64,000 nucleotides of DNA from Neodothiora populina (Eukaryota): contig NW_027191414.1 of NCBI RefSeq assembly GCF_041146345.1, forward strand, positions 1,054,001 through 1,118,000, given 5' to 3'. Position 1 is the first letter of the stretch. Every line of letters starts with the position of its first letter. A program made the position numbers and the translations under genes. Under the pieces are notes generated by a model. That model had not been told where the DNA came from. It was given only the letters and a program-made list of their open reading frames with translations, and ran no database searches. Below are positions 40,477 through 54,434 of this stretch, in pieces.

Positions 40477-41525
40477 CAGTCGCTGCTGTTGCTTGTGCTG
40501 CGACTAATCAACTGGGCATCTTCTTTGGCGGGGAAAGGGAAAACGAATATAGGCTCCCGTTGAATGCTTTACTTCAGTCACTTGTACATGGCGTCTGCCA
40601 ATTACCTAGATAACATCAGGTGAGGTAGACCTTGTTCCCACGGGTATGGCGGCTTGTAATCAAGACTTGGTCGATACTTGTGTAGACGACCAAGACGAGA
40701 ATGTCATTGGCTCCTGAGGCTGCGGTTCCATGAATCATGTATAGCTACAGATACAGTAGCTGTGATGTCTTGGTATGACTTTTGGTTGTGGAAGAGATGG
40801 AGGTCGAGGAGGGGTCAGGATTCATGCTAGTCCGTTACTCGTCACCTTGTCTCGCCTGTGTTTGTTTGACTGAGTTTAGACAATCACAGAGTTTTGTTCC
40901 TGCACTTTCTATTACTCAGGATCCTGTTCGGCCCTGATTCGAATGCTGTGGTTGGTCCTGCTTGTCGTATGGCTCGCGAGGCGGAGTATCCAGCAGTCCT
41001 TGCCTGCCCACGTCTTCAGTATCCTCGTCTCGTTCCCGACTTCAGAGCGTTTGAAGCTTTCGGCTTGGCGCGCGGTTCATTGACGGTGTGTAAGCCTACC
41101 TTAACGATGTTATACAATAATAATAGGTACCTTTATGCTAGTTCAGATGCAGCCACGCTGCCTTCCAACTGTGTTGCACTGTCTATCTGCACTTACTTAG
41201 CCTGCCATGTCGTTACTTCTCGCAGTCCAATCAGGTCGGAAATAACAAGCAATAACCCCCCCGTCTCACTCTCCTCTTGTGAACCAATTCAAAGAAAAAC
41301 AAAGTACTTGTATGCCCGTCTTGAACTCTCGCCAAGCAAGCTGCTTCTGATGTGCTAAAGTGACGAAAGGCCAAAGGGCAGCAGCCAGCAGCACTCCACT
41401 TTATTGCTCTCCAGCTACCATCATCCGCTCATGTGTCTGCTAACACTAACGTCGACTCACTCTCCACATGCACGGCGACGTAGACGGTAGCGGCATTGCA
41501 ATTCACGGCTTGGGGTGCTGTTGTG

Positions 41526-44500
41526 ATGCCGTCAACACCTACACCTCGCCCGGCCGCCTTCTCATCCGTAGCCGGGACTGGTGTCGGGCATGAACATCAC
41601 ATCTCACTACAACCCCCAGTCGCCCTCAAGGATGCTCGTTCCATGTCGAGCACGAGTCTGATGGCACGTCCTGCTCCTCCCGGAAGTTTTGTCGCTGACC
41701 TGAAGCCCACAATCTCCCGCGTCGAGGGACCTACGAGATCCGACTTTAGCAGTTATGAACTCGATCCGCCCAGCTCGGTCACATCCGAGCAGATCCAGGC
41801 TGAATACAGAGACAAGATCGAAAAGGAGACCAAAATCAAGATCGGCTCGGAAAACCTGCTCGAGGCCCTCAACGCCAAAAAGGAGAAGCACACGCGAGAC
41901 CAACGCAGACTGGTCGAGTCCGAGTTGAGCATTTCCAACCGCAAGATCGCCCAATTGAAGCAGGAACTAGAGGCCGAGATCAACAGAGCAAAAGAGCATG
42001 CTATCGGTTCACCGAGCAAATTGTCACAGCTGTTCAGCAAAGCGGTTGCGCGATCACCGGCCCAGCCTGCTCCTCACGATACAGACGAGTCTTCGGACCC
42101 AGCGGCCGGGTCCGAATCCCCGACTTACGTCCTCGCCGAGATACTACAATCACTGGAGACGGAGGATATGCCCGCCGACTTCTATATCGGTCATGCAAAC
42201 GAGCTTGTCGCCCTGTTCAAGAGACACCCTACGCTCAAGTACGACCTTGTATGGTCCATCTTTGGGCTTCGCATGCAGATGTTGTTGTTAAGCGAGAGTC
42301 GCGAGGTGGTCGCTGCCGGATACAGAGTCATGCGCTACGCCATCACTGACCGGAGATCCCTCCAGACCATCCGGGCCCACAACACAGACTACCTTGTTGT
42401 GCTGTCCCTGGTGAAAGAAAGCAAAGCCATGGTCGAACGGGAGCAGGCCCTCAAGTTTGTGCGCGCCTTCTTGGATGTCAAGGACGGCGTGCATGAAATA
42501 GCGCCGGCGATCGTGCGCATCGTCGTTGCCGTCGCTGAGCACGGAGACGACCGTCTCAGGAGTATGTGTATCATGACGCTCGCCGAGATGCTCATTCGGA
42601 GCCCAGAGGTTGTCGTGGCCGCAGGCGGCATGGGCACACTGGCTGAATCGATGGGCAACGGAGCATACCATGCGCCCGAGACTATAGCTTCTGCGTTTCT
42701 TCACCTGCTCGACATGCCTGCACACCGGGGCCTGCTACGGTCGGGCTTCGAATTGAGTATACCATTCGCATCATTTACCGAGCCTCCTAGCTCCAGTCAA
42801 TACGAAGAGCGTATGAGGACCAGCGCCAGAGTCGTTGCTTCTCTTTTCAAAAGCTGGGCTGGCCTGATGACCCTCTCGCTCCACAACTTTCTACCCGTTA
42901 AGTCCGTGGTACAGTCGCTTCTTGTCGATGCCATAATTGTGAAAACGACTGTCTTAGAGCTGCTTTTTGACATACTCCGAATCAAATCGCCCTCCTGGTC
43001 ATCATCCTTCTTGGCGGGTAGGCGCCTTACCACATATGGCCGCGTCACAAACATGAGATCCGAGAATGCAGTCAAGCCATCTAACAGCGATGACGATGAT
43101 CCGACCAAACGAATGAATCTGGTTGAGCATTTCTCCGCTGTTGTACTGACCGTTCTACTCCGAGCCGGTCTCCTTCCTACATTGATGGAGGCCGAGCGAG
43201 AGGCACCCAACCAGTCACTCAAGCGCAAAACTACTCTACTCATAGGCGAAGTCCTAAAGCTAGCTAACCAGCTCCTGCCGAGTGACTGGAGTGCCGATCT
43301 GCAGACCTTGCCGGATCTGTTCACTTCAGCCACTGATTTTGGTAGCGAGAGCAGGGCACAAGCCCTGACCACTACTTATCAAATAGATAGTGTCAACAGG
43401 ACGCTGTTTCGTAGCGCGGGCACCAACAATGCAGTGAAGATTCCTCTGCTCGACGACCACACGCGCTCTGTTGAGCAACCGAAGCTACAATTGAGCAATA
43501 ATATGGACGAGACTCAGTTCCGCAGCCTCCTGCTTGAGACACAGGTCCTGAACACCGTCAACTACACAAAGTGGCGTTGGGACCTCATCCAGCCTATCAT
43601 TGAGGGTCCGCTCCATCATCCCAAGCGTCTCGATGAAGCAATGAGAGCGACCAAATTCGTCCATCGACTGTTGGGCTTTCTCCGCCCTTTCAAATTCCGC
43701 TTCTCGGATGCAAAGAATACGAAGCCGAATCAGCGATATGTCAGAGCAGGGTGTGCCCTCGTGCGAACATTGCTGGAAACTCCCGAGGGCACCAAATATC
43801 TCGCAGACAACAAACTGCTTCGGCAGATCGCAGAGTGCTTGGCGCAGTTCGATCGTCTGAGCGGCATCACGTCCTCAAATCCCCTGTTTTCTCCCGAGAG
43901 GCTACAAGATACTCTCGTGGGCGGCTACTTTGCTATTCTTGGAGTACTCTGTAGCGATCCGAAGGGATTACAAATGATGGAGAGATGGAAGATCATCAAC
44001 ATGTTCTATCACATCGTTGAACTGAAGGATAGAGATGATCTCATCAAGGCACTCATTGGTAACCTCGACTTCACTCTTGATAGCCATCCTAGGATCATCT
44101 TGTCAAAAGCCATGATTTCTGGCTCGAGAGATATCCGCATCACGGCTACGAGGATCCTTCGTAAATATGCCATCCGCCCTCTCAATCCGTCCTCTACGAG
44201 ACCCGGCAGCGGAGAATGTGCGGCATGGGCCATCAGACTCCTTGTCACCCAGCTGTACGATACAGAGATCGAGGTCTGCGAGATTGCAATCAAGATTCTA
44301 GAAGAAGCATGCAATGAGAATGGCGCTCTAGAATACGTCGTCAAGTGCAGGCCCGCACTTGATCATCTGGGGGAGATTGGGGCACCACTCCTGCTGCGCT
44401 TTCTGAGTACAAGTGTCGGGTATCACTATCTCGATGGTCTCGACTACATTACCAAGGAAATGGATGACTGGTTCCTCGGCCGAAACGACACGTATGTGAC

Positions 44501-45449
44501 TTTTGTCGAAGCATCGCTCGCCAGAGCTTTGGCAGACGTCCCCGAGAAGCCTGCTCCGATGTTCGCAGGAGTGGTCGACGAATCACAAGATGAGAGGCAG
44601 GATTACGGCATTGTACCGCCTCATTTCTACCGTGAATTGACTCGCACGAGCGAAGGATGTGACTTGCTCCGCGCAAAGGGACATTTTGAGGAGTTTGCAG
44701 CAACAATTCGGGACTTCGGTCTCGAAGCCGAAGACCCAGAGATTATCCTCAAAGTCAAGGGGTGTCTCTGGGCGGTTGGCAACGTGGGGTCCATGGAGCT
44801 TGGAGCGCCGTTCCTGGAACAGAATGATGTCACACAATACATTGTAGAGATCGCAGAACAGAGTGAAGTGCTGACACTTCGAGGCACGGCATTCTTCGTG
44901 CTTGGACTGATCTCGCGGAGTCTGCACGGGCAAGAGATTCTGGCAAGCTACAATTGGGACGGGGTGATGAACATGACTGGCGGCAGTGTGGGATACTGCA
45001 TGCCACTTGATTTTGACAAGCTATTTGCTGTAAGTCGTAACGATTGTGTTATATATGATTATGGGGATTATTACTAATGGTTTCGGCTACAGGTCAAAAC
45101 GTGGTCATTGTTCTCTGCCAACAAGTCGGATCCTCTCCTTCTCCAAGGCCGTGCTCGTTCTTATCCAGTCACTGACCCAGACCCTACCAACAACGACATA
45201 TTGAAGGCCATAGTCAAACTAGGAAATACGGTTCTATCAAATAAGGCCGCTGCAGACCTGAATGGTCTCAAGCATCGAAGGGCACCTGGTTTTCAAAGCC
45301 CAGCTCTGTTCCACAAGGCCATGCAGATCCTGTCAAATCACCATTATCGATTGCCGGCATGCAGATTCGTGATCGACCTTTTCGAGAAAGGGGTGATGAG
45401 GAAGATTGTGCTCGAGGAAAGTGATGATAGTGGCAGTGACGATGGATGA
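41526..45449 (+). CDS. AVO3: TORC2 subunit Rictor (Avo3/Tsc11, S. pombe Ste20); exons 41526-45029, 45093-45449
   Basis: N-terminal HR1-like coil (KIEKETKIKIGSENLL), EREQALKFVR, SFLAGRRLTTYG, PPHFYRELT, LWAVGNVGS, RGTAFFVLGLIS. Start codon not certain. Confidence 0.92.
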
Positions 45450-47014
45450 AAATGGACACCGAGGAGAAGCCACAAATAGCGCGGATAACTTGACCACTTC
45501 AGGCCCACAGGCATCATGCGACAATGACGGGACTGATATACGTGGCGGCGGCCGATGGCTGGAAGGAAAAAAGTACTCAGAGCATTGAACCGGCGATAAG
45601 GCGTGCTCCGGCATATACAGGGGGATCTCGTTTCTGCAGGGGTGAAAAGAAATCTTAGATGGTGGCTTGGGTTGCTTCCATATTGGCGCTTATCTAAGGC
45701 ATGACTATATCGATATCAACACGCTGCATAGTGAAAGGGTCTTGACCACAGAAGAAGCCGAGAGGAGAAGATTGCAAGTGAAGCAAACTAGATGCGTTCC
45801 ATAGCGGAGCGGACTCCAATCATTATTTGCATGTACTTGTCTCATAAGGTACTTGCACAGCAGTAGTAGAACCTGCGTACAGTAAGTACCTTGCAATGTT
45901 GTCATTGGATAAGGTACTTTATTATTGTACGGGGAGACCCTGATCAGACACCTTACAAGGTTGCAGGGATCAGAGAGGCCAGAACGTCGACGATTGAAGA
46001 TCCGTGCGTGTGACTGAGCATTGCAGTAGGAGGCAAAGGTCGATAATGACGATGCAGAGTGACTTTGACAAATATGCCATGACCGGAACGCAGACAAAGT
46101 GGTTGCTTGCATACACACCAAGAAGACTTTGGCATGTGCATGTCTGGGAGGCCAACGTTTGATATGTCAGGTATGTCAAGTATAGGACGAGGGTGGGGGA
46201 GTTGCCGGCTGCTGGGCCAGATTAGGCAAGACGCTGGTGGGCCTCCGGAGGCGAGACCCTTGTAGATGGAATTGGCCCCAATCGGCCCCCTCGAGTGGAT
46301 CAATTACCACTACATACACCACTACAACAGAACTTGGCAGCTTGCCCTCGAAGGATAGTCCGGACTGCACTCCATGACTTTCATAGGCTTTTTTGCTTTG
46401 ACATAGGTAGGACGTTGGAATGGTAATAGTGACTCATTTGACTGTTTGGTAAGGTATAGTCAAGGAGAGCCCGACATCAGTGTACAAAGATCGCGCCCAG
46501 AGTATAAGGTTAGTTTGAGTCGCAACCAGATGTAGAGTCTCGACCGTCTGTACAAGTAATATAAAATCTGGAGCGTAGCCGTTCAGGCAAAGCAGACATA
46601 GTGGACGTCATCGCTTTCCCGGCTCGTGCACCTTCCGCATCTTGCTGTACAGTATTGCACCTACCGAAACTATACCCTCCCTCTTGTCCACCTACCTATC
46701 TTGTACTATATCCCGACATTGTCTATGTGCTTTACTTTTACAGCATCTTTTACGTCCATATAATAGAATAGCAGCAACAGCAACAGCATCACTTCGCCCG
46801 CCACTACTTCTGGATCCTGCACACGTTCGCTGGTGACTGGAAGACTGTAAAGACCCCACCACTCACAACATCCCGGATATTGATCTCGAGCACGCGCACA
46901 ATCCTGTCTGCCTGCACTCAGTAAATAAAAAGGCCTACAACAACGATAGATGGAAAATTGGCCATCGACAGAACCCAAGACTGCAGATATCTGCAACGTC
47001 CTCTCCACGACCAT

Positions 47015-48962
47015 ATGAGTGGACTTTGCGGTCAACAGCCAGTGGAAGCGTCGACAGGCAGGCCTGTCAACGACGAGAAAGGATTGTTGTCTGACTCGAC
47101 AACCCGATCTACTCCAGCAGCCCAGTCAAATACGGATTTAATGAGTGCGGATGGGCTGGTCGGAGAGAAGGCGCGCTCATCGGATCCTTCTTCAACATCA
47201 CATCTGGACGCTCGTGCTCTGGTCCGCCTGATCCAGTGCAGCCAATGCTCAAAACCTTTCCATAACCCCGTCACTCTACCCTGTGGCAACTCGCTGTGTC
47301 GATCATGTGTTCCCGAAACATACCGTCGCGAGCGTGTATCATATCCGGATCTGCCTGGACGGAGGCGGGGCTTCATCTGTCCCTTGGCTGATTGCGCTCG
47401 GGAACACACCTTGGCCGACTGCAACGTCGATGTGACGCTGCAAAAACTCATGGATGCTGTCGCCGATCTCGTCGCCACTCACTCCGCCACCGCTGGGGAG
47501 ATCATGCGGACCTATGTTGAAGAGACATTAAAACATGACCGTGTGCTGCTGGAAGATATGGAGATTGACGAGAAGCCACGCAATTGGACTCGACCCGGCG
47601 GACCTCTGCTGGCCACATATGCCCTCATAGATCAGGGCATCCTCGAGTTCGACACCAATGTCACCTACCAACCTCTGCTTGATGCTGACGAGGCCTACCG
47701 TGATCTTGACCGCACCTTCTTGTCTCAGCTTGTCGAGGCCGCCCACAACCAGGTTGATTGCCAGGTCTGCTACAATCTCATGTGCGATCCTGTCACCACC
47801 GGTTGTGGCCACACGCTCTGCAGAAAATGCCTTGTCCGCACTCTGGACCACTCTTTGCATTGTCCTGTGTGTCGGCGTGGAGTCACCATTTCGCCTTCGC
47901 TACAGGGCTATCCAAGCAACAAGACCCTCGTCAGTCTTCTGAATGCCTTGTGTCCAGATCTCGTTGCAGCTCGCGCCGAAGCTGTTGCTGCCGAAGATGC
48001 TATAGGTTTGGGTGATCTGGACACGCCTTTATTCGTCTGCACTCTCGGATATCCTGGCTGCCCTACTTTTCTTCGCATCTTCGAGCCACGGTACAGACTC
48101 ATGATACGGAGGGCTCTCGAGGGTAACAGGCAATTCGGCATGCTAATGTACAACAGCCAAGGTATGCCACAGGGAGAGCTTGGCCAGGTACCTTTTGTCG
48201 AATATGGTACCATGCTTCGCATTGAAAACGTGCAATTCATGCCTGATGGCCAGAGTATCATCGAGACGCGAGGCATCGGTAGATTCAAAGTCAAGCGCTA
48301 TGGTCAGCTTGACGGCTACACTGTTGGCAGTGTGGAAAGAGTAGAAGACCTTCCCCTCGCCGAGGAGGAGCGCCTGGAAGCCCGAGAGACGTCACTCCCG
48401 CCGGCCGAGGAAAACGACATCGAGGGCCAGGTCTCCCGCATGAGCACTCGACAATTACTCATCCTCGGCCTCGAGTTTATCCTGACCATGCAATCTCGGA
48501 GCGCACCCTGGCTGCATCAGCGGATACTTGACGCATATGGAGGACCTCCGAACGACGCAGCCTTTTTCCCCTACTGGCTCGCGAGCATCCTGCCCATCAA
48601 CGACCCCGCAAAGTACCAGCTTCTCACCACCACAAGTGTCAGGCAACGACTGAAGATCACAGCCATCTGGATCAAGCAGATGGAGAGTCAGAGATGGTAT
48701 GTTCAAGGCAATTCTTCTCATCCCGCATCGTCTTAGGTTCTGGTATCATCGGATCAAGATCAAGGGTAGGTGCGCCTGTGTGTATTCGCATCTATTGCTT
48801 TATCCGCCTGCGCTTCTATCCTTACTCTCTTGTGCCGACACCATGCCGCTCTGTCGTCTTTTTATTCTTCTCTCGAAGCAACTCTCGGACAAGTCTCGCG
48901 GCCACAGAGCTAACACTTTTCTCTTCCTCAGGTATCAAAGCAACGCATGTACCGTCCTATGA
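47015..48962 (+). CDS. LON peptidase N-terminal domain and RING finger protein (LONRF-like E3 ligase); exons 47015-48696, 48932-48962
   Basis: Two RING fingers (CSQC..PCGNSLCRSC; CQVC..CGHTLCRKC..CPVC), LON-N domain LRIFEPRYRLMIRR; terminal exon gives WYQSNACTVL. Confidence 0.88.
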
Positions 48963-50165
48963 CTCCTGTTGCTCCGTTTCGGCGCGCCACTTTTGTTACT
49001 GGTTCTCGCTGTCTGCAACTGGCGCGACGACTAAGGACGATACTCGCGTCAAAGGACGAGGTATTTCTCCTTCATCGCTACCGAGTTGTAGACCCAAGTG
49101 GCGCTCGGTCACGGAGCAGACTGTTCACCGGCTACTCATGTGTTCCGCTGTATATGCACACATATATACATACGTGACTGTCAACCGCATCTACTATCCC
49201 AACACAGTGTGGCGCAGGTGCCGGGGAAAATAATCTCCTCATGTTATCCTCCTTCCATGACATATTACGACCACGAAATTTGCACATTCCAGCTCTTTCT
49301 TGTTATCATTTGGCTCAATCTGACATCTTTCATCACCTCCAAAATCTTTCTGTCGAAACCTGCTTTTGTGTTGAAATTTGAGAATTTTGCATTGCGTGGG
49401 GGTGGACGGCCTTTTGGTTTTCTTTTTGTCCTTTTCTTTCTTTGGTAGCACAGCGAGAGAGACATTTCTCGTTATCGTCCTTCTTCTGTTCACCATGTAT
49501 GTCCTCTGCATCCTTCGGACTGTGAACCATGCACGTGGAGGACACAAAAGAAAAGGAAATGACATGAGATATGTACTCTACTAAGCCGAGCAAGTTTCTT
49601 AGATTAATTTTTCCCTTCTTTTTTCATGGATCTTTCTTCATGGAAGAAGATCGTGGTGGTGGTGGTGGTGTCATTCGGTGCTCGCCCTTTCTCGTGTTGG
49701 TCATACTCCTGTAGATATTTTTTTTCTCCGCCTTTGAATCACTAAGATTCGGTTTCTTGTTCCTTTTTGAGCTCTATTTCTTTCCTTATATTTCTTTCGA
49801 TTTGAGGAGTGACTTCCTGAGTATGTATATATGTATGTGCATGACCCTTGGCTGTATGTGTAATTTCAGTCCTGCCTATGAGTGGCTTGACTTATCCCGT
49901 GACTACCATGGGAGCTTATGCGAGGCATAGAGTGAGAGTTGCCTACGATTGAACGTGCGTGAATGTAAACACCGAGACGAAGAGTGCAAAGAGGCGAGGG
50001 AAAGAATGGGCTACACAGCTCTCTCGATCAATCTCTCTGGGATTCTTTTCGGAGATCTATATATGCTAGCAAGAAGAGAAGACTAAAAATAGAAAGGACG
50101 GACGACACTCTCTCCGTATCCCATCCCCTCTTCTAGGTAGGGTGTCGTTTCTGGTGAGTTATAGT

Positions 50166-51041
50166 TTACTTGTCGCCACCACCGCCCATGGCGAGCTGGA
50201 TGACAAGGAAGAGAGCAATAGCCCACCAGTACCTGCAATTCGTCACTTATCAGCGAATCGATCTCACGACAACACCCCCCAGAAATGCAGAAACAAAAAC
50301 AAAAAAGAAAAAGAAAAAGAAAAAGAAAAAGAAAAAGAAAAAAGAAACTCACTTTTGCAAAAACGTCTTCTCCTCCTCCTCGTCGTCGCCCTTGCCGGTC
50401 CCCTTCTTGCCGTCTTTACTCACGACAATCGGTTTGTTCAAAATCGGCTGAGGCCCTTTGTTCAGCGAGACAAGCTGAATCTTCAATCCGTCAGATGTCG
50501 TCGCCGTCGTGCTTGTCGAGTCTGTCGCCGTCGCGGCGGAGAAGCCAATGTGCCAGGGCTCGCCGCGGTCGTCGAGGTAGATCTTGATGGTTCTGCGCGC
50601 GTCCTCGGCGGGCTTCTTCTGGCTTGATGTTGCTGACGAGGACGAGGAGAAGGAGAGAGACTCAGGCGACGTGGCAATGCCGTGCCAGAGACTTTGTTTC
50701 TTGTCTGCGCTGGACGGAGGGCCGTAGAAGCCTAGTTTCACGATATCTGCCGTCGTCGTCGTTACCGCATTGCTGGTTTGCGAGTAGGGAGTGTAGGACT
50801 CGATGGTCGTGTTCAATGACGGAAACAGGTAGGAGACTTCGAGCAGTTTGGCCTTTGTGGACGCTTGTTGCGTGTACACGGTTAGTTTGTGGCTCGTTTG
50901 TGGTAGAGCGGCGGGCGGAGGTCGTTGTTGCTGCTGCTGCTGTTGTTGCTCTTGCTGCGGAGTTTTGGAGTTGGGCGCTGAGCGGGCCAAGGTCGCGGGG
51001 ATGGCTAGAAGGAGCGCTGAGAAGAGGGTGCTCGGTCGCAT
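50166..51041 (-). CDS. EMC10: ER membrane protein complex subunit 10-like; exons 51041-50353, 50232-50166
   Basis: Signal peptide, GPQPILNKP, EEKTFLQK|YWWAIALFLVIQLAMGGGDK single C-terminal TM; GTGAGT..GCTGAT..CAG intron. Confidence 0.8.
50290..50347. repeat. (GAAAAA/CAAAAA)n hexanucleotide microsatellite inside the EMC10 intron
   Basis: Directly visible; reads (TTTTTC)n on the transcribed strand. Confidence 0.9.
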
Positions 51042-52423
51042 GGTTGAGGTGGATCGGTGGTGTGTATGTAGAGAGGGTGTTGGAAAGGTAGCTCTTGCAT
51101 AGAACAGGCAGTCGTAGACGTATGCCTTCTCGATTGGGAATGCGCAGAGGTAAGGTTAGGAGAGCGCAATAACAGTCGCTCCGAGTTCCCTATCCTGGTT
51201 GTGTTTTTGTGATGATCTGATATACGATGACAGAGAGGGTACAATGCAGACGGCACTGTATAGATATAACGAATACAGTCTGCTTCAAAGCGATATACAT
51301 TAATTACTTGGAGGTAGCTAAGGTACTGCTATGCCGCAGCGATACCTAACCTAGGCAGGCGGAAGGTTTGCCGATACAATCTCTGCCTCAGGCCACCACA
51401 CATGCGGTACCTTACCTTACCCTATTTCTCTGTGTTGCCAAGAAAGCGGCCTATATAAATCCCCCCCCCCCTCACCGACCGACATGGACCCCGGAATTGG
51501 AAGAAGGCCAGAAAACAGAAACAGCAGTGCACAAAAACAAAAGCCCAGAAAAGCACAGAAGCTCGCCTATAAGTCCCCCAAGTCCCCCAAGTCCCCGTTG
51601 ATGGTGCACTGCTGGCTTGTGCCTGTGCTGCCAAATTACGGGGAAGCACCGGGTCTATTGCAGTAAAGCCCGCCGGCGACGTCATCACCGGAAATCAGTG
51701 GTAAAGCTGAAGAGTCGAAAAGTGGTTGAGATGCCATTTACCGCCTGGATGCCACTCGACGATGACCTCTGTATGGATGGAATCATGGACGCCCTGCATG
51801 AGAAGGAAACGGACCTGTAGTTTTCAAGTAGCCCCGTAGACGACATGACTTGGTCGTTTCAGACATATACGCAACTCGTATGCGCAAACGCTTTTGCTAC
51901 CTACCTTACCTAGACAAAGCTGCACAGCTGGCTGCTGCAATAGCTTCATGCAACGCGAATACAAATATCTTACACGGAACTGGTCATATTGTCTTGACTA
52001 GGTCGACTGGTCAACGCGGCCATTGCCCATCCATCGATCTTGTCATTATTGTGTATTCCCAAGCCTTCTCTCTCCACTATTCTGGGGACCATGAAGTCAG
52101 CGATCGGCGTTCCCTCTCACCCTTCTGCTTCTGTTTCCTGTGCCTCGCCTCATCATCTTTCAACCACAAGAGCTCTGGTGTCATAGCTCCCTCTTCTCCC
52201 GATTCCTTTGCGCTCATATTATCCATTTCGTTTTCTCTCTTCTTCCTCTCTGCATCTCCCTTTCTAGCATTGAAACACAACTCTTTCATTGCAGTTCTCC
52301 TACATATCATCCATCCCATCTCGTAATCTTCATTCGAATAGAAATTGCTTGGTTTCGGATCTTCCAATATACATCACACCACAAATCCCCCCCCAATTGA
52401 TCACCAGATCATCAGAAACAAAA

Positions 52424-54434
52424 ATGCAGAACTTGCCTTACCGTCAGCCTCACAGGCAACAGTCGAGGCAGCAGTCGCGGCAGCTGTCCGTCGACCCTCA
52501 CAATGAGATCCGTCCTCACCTCGACCACTACATTGGTATCGATGTCGGAACCGGCAGTGCGCGTGCGTGCATCATGAACTCTAAGGGAGACATTGTTGGC
52601 CTCGCAAGCGAGAACATTGGCCTATGGCAGCCCGAGACCGGCTACTACGTGTGTCTTTTTCTTTTCTGTTTTTCCTTCTCTCGACGTTCTACTCTATGCG
52701 TCGATCGCTCAATCAACCAATCGCTGACCGCTTCTGCCTGTCCAGGAACAATCCACCACCGACATCTGGAACTGCATCTGCAGATCCGTGCAGCGTGCCC
52801 TCAGTCAGCATAACATCGACGAGAACACCGTGCGCGGAATCGGCTTCGATGCCACCTGCTCGCTGACCGTCTTCTCCAACGACACCGACGAGCCCGTCTC
52901 CGTCACTGGTCCCAAGTTCGACAATGCCGACGGAAACGACCGCAACGTCATTCTCTGGCTCGATCACCGTCCCGAGAAGGAGACGGAGAAGATCAACGCC
53001 ACCAACCACAACCTCCTGCGCTACGTCGGCGGCAAGATGAGCATCGAGATGGAAATCCCCAAGGTGCTCTGGTTGAAGAACAACATGCCCAAGGAGCTGT
53101 TCGATCGCTGCAAGTTCTACGATCTGACCGACGCTCTCACTCACATCGCCACCGGGACCGAGACTCGCAGCTACTGCAGTGTCGTCTGCAAGCAGGGCTT
53201 TGTGCCTGTCGGTGTTGACGGCAGTGTCAAGGGATGGCAGGACGACTTCCTCTCCGAGATCGGACTGGAGGATCTCACCAAGGACAACTTCAAGCGCATG
53301 GGTGGTGTCGACGGGGTGGTACACTCTTTTCCCATCTGCTATCGCAAAGAAACATGATTGCTGACCCTCTACTAGAATGGCAAATACGCCACCGCCGGTG
53401 AGTGCATTGGCACTCTTTCCGAGAAGGCCGCTCATGACCTCGGTCTGCCCGCTGGCATCGCTGTCGGCGCTGGTGTCATCGACGCCTACGCCGGCTGGAT
53501 CGGTACCGTTGGCGCAAAGGTCCGCCTCGGCGACGACTACCTCAACCCGGCTCACTCGAGCGACAAGCACGACGTCTCGCACGCCTTCACCCGTCTCGCC
53601 GCCGTCGCCGGTACATCGACATGCCATCTCGCCATGTCGGAGAAGCCCGTGTTCGTGGACGGTGTCTGGGGCCCGTACAGAGACGTGCTGATCCCCAACT
53701 ACTGGATGGCAGAAGGTGGTCAGTCGGCCACCGGTGAGCTCCTCAAGCACGTCCTGGAGACTCACCCGGCCTTCCACGAGGCCATGTCGGTCGCCGAGAC
53801 CTTCAACGCCAACATCTACGACTACCTGAACGAGCATCTCCGCGAGATGCAGGACAAGGTCAACGCTCCCCAGGTGTCATACCTGGCACGTCACTTCTTC
53901 TTCTACGGCGACTTGTTCGGCAACCGTTCGCCCATTGCCGATCCCAACATGAGGGGATCTGTCATTGGTCTGTCCTCTGACAAGTCCATGGACGGCCTGG
54001 CCATCTACTACTACGCCACCATGGAGTTCATTGCTCTGCAGACCCGCCAGATCATCGAGCGCATGAACGACTCCGGCCACATCATCTCGTCCATCTTCAT
54101 GTCGGGTTCTCAGTGCCAAAACGACATCTTGATGAACCTGATCGCGACCGCGTGCGAGATGCCCGTCGTCATTCCCCGTTACGTCCACGCTGCCGTCGTG
54201 CACGGAGCAGCCATGTTGGGAGTCAAGGCCGCATCCCAGGACAAGGAGGGCAACTCGGAGCCTCTCTGGGACATCATGGATCGCATGAGCAAGCCTGGCA
54301 AGGTCGTCTATCCCGGCAAGGACGCTGCTGAGAAGAAGCTCTTGGCCGCCAAGTACAAGATCTTCCTCGAGCAATGCGAACAGCAGAGGACTTACAGGAA
54401 GGAGATCGACGAGGCCGTCGCGGACTGGAAATAG
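52424..54434 (+). CDS. FGGY-family pentulose kinase (D-ribulokinase, YDR109C-like); exons 52424-52648, 52746-53318, 53376-54434
   Basis: YIGIDVGTGSARA, GIGFDATCSL, ILWLDHR, MSIEMEIPKVLWLK, AEGGQSATG, FGNRSPIADP. Confidence 0.92.

Noticed and set aside
50142..50627. Plus-strand ORFs with poly-K, KE or KR tracts
   Set aside because: Translations of the intronic hexamer microsatellite antisense to EMC10.
52077..52367. Charged 96-aa minus-strand ORF
   Set aside because: Complement of the pyrimidine-rich leader of the FGGY gene.
52713..53837. 374-aa antisense ORF over the FGGY kinase (likewise 12159-12968, 39294-40070, 60391-61461)
   Set aside because: Each mirrors a codon-biased gene and has no recognisable protein features.
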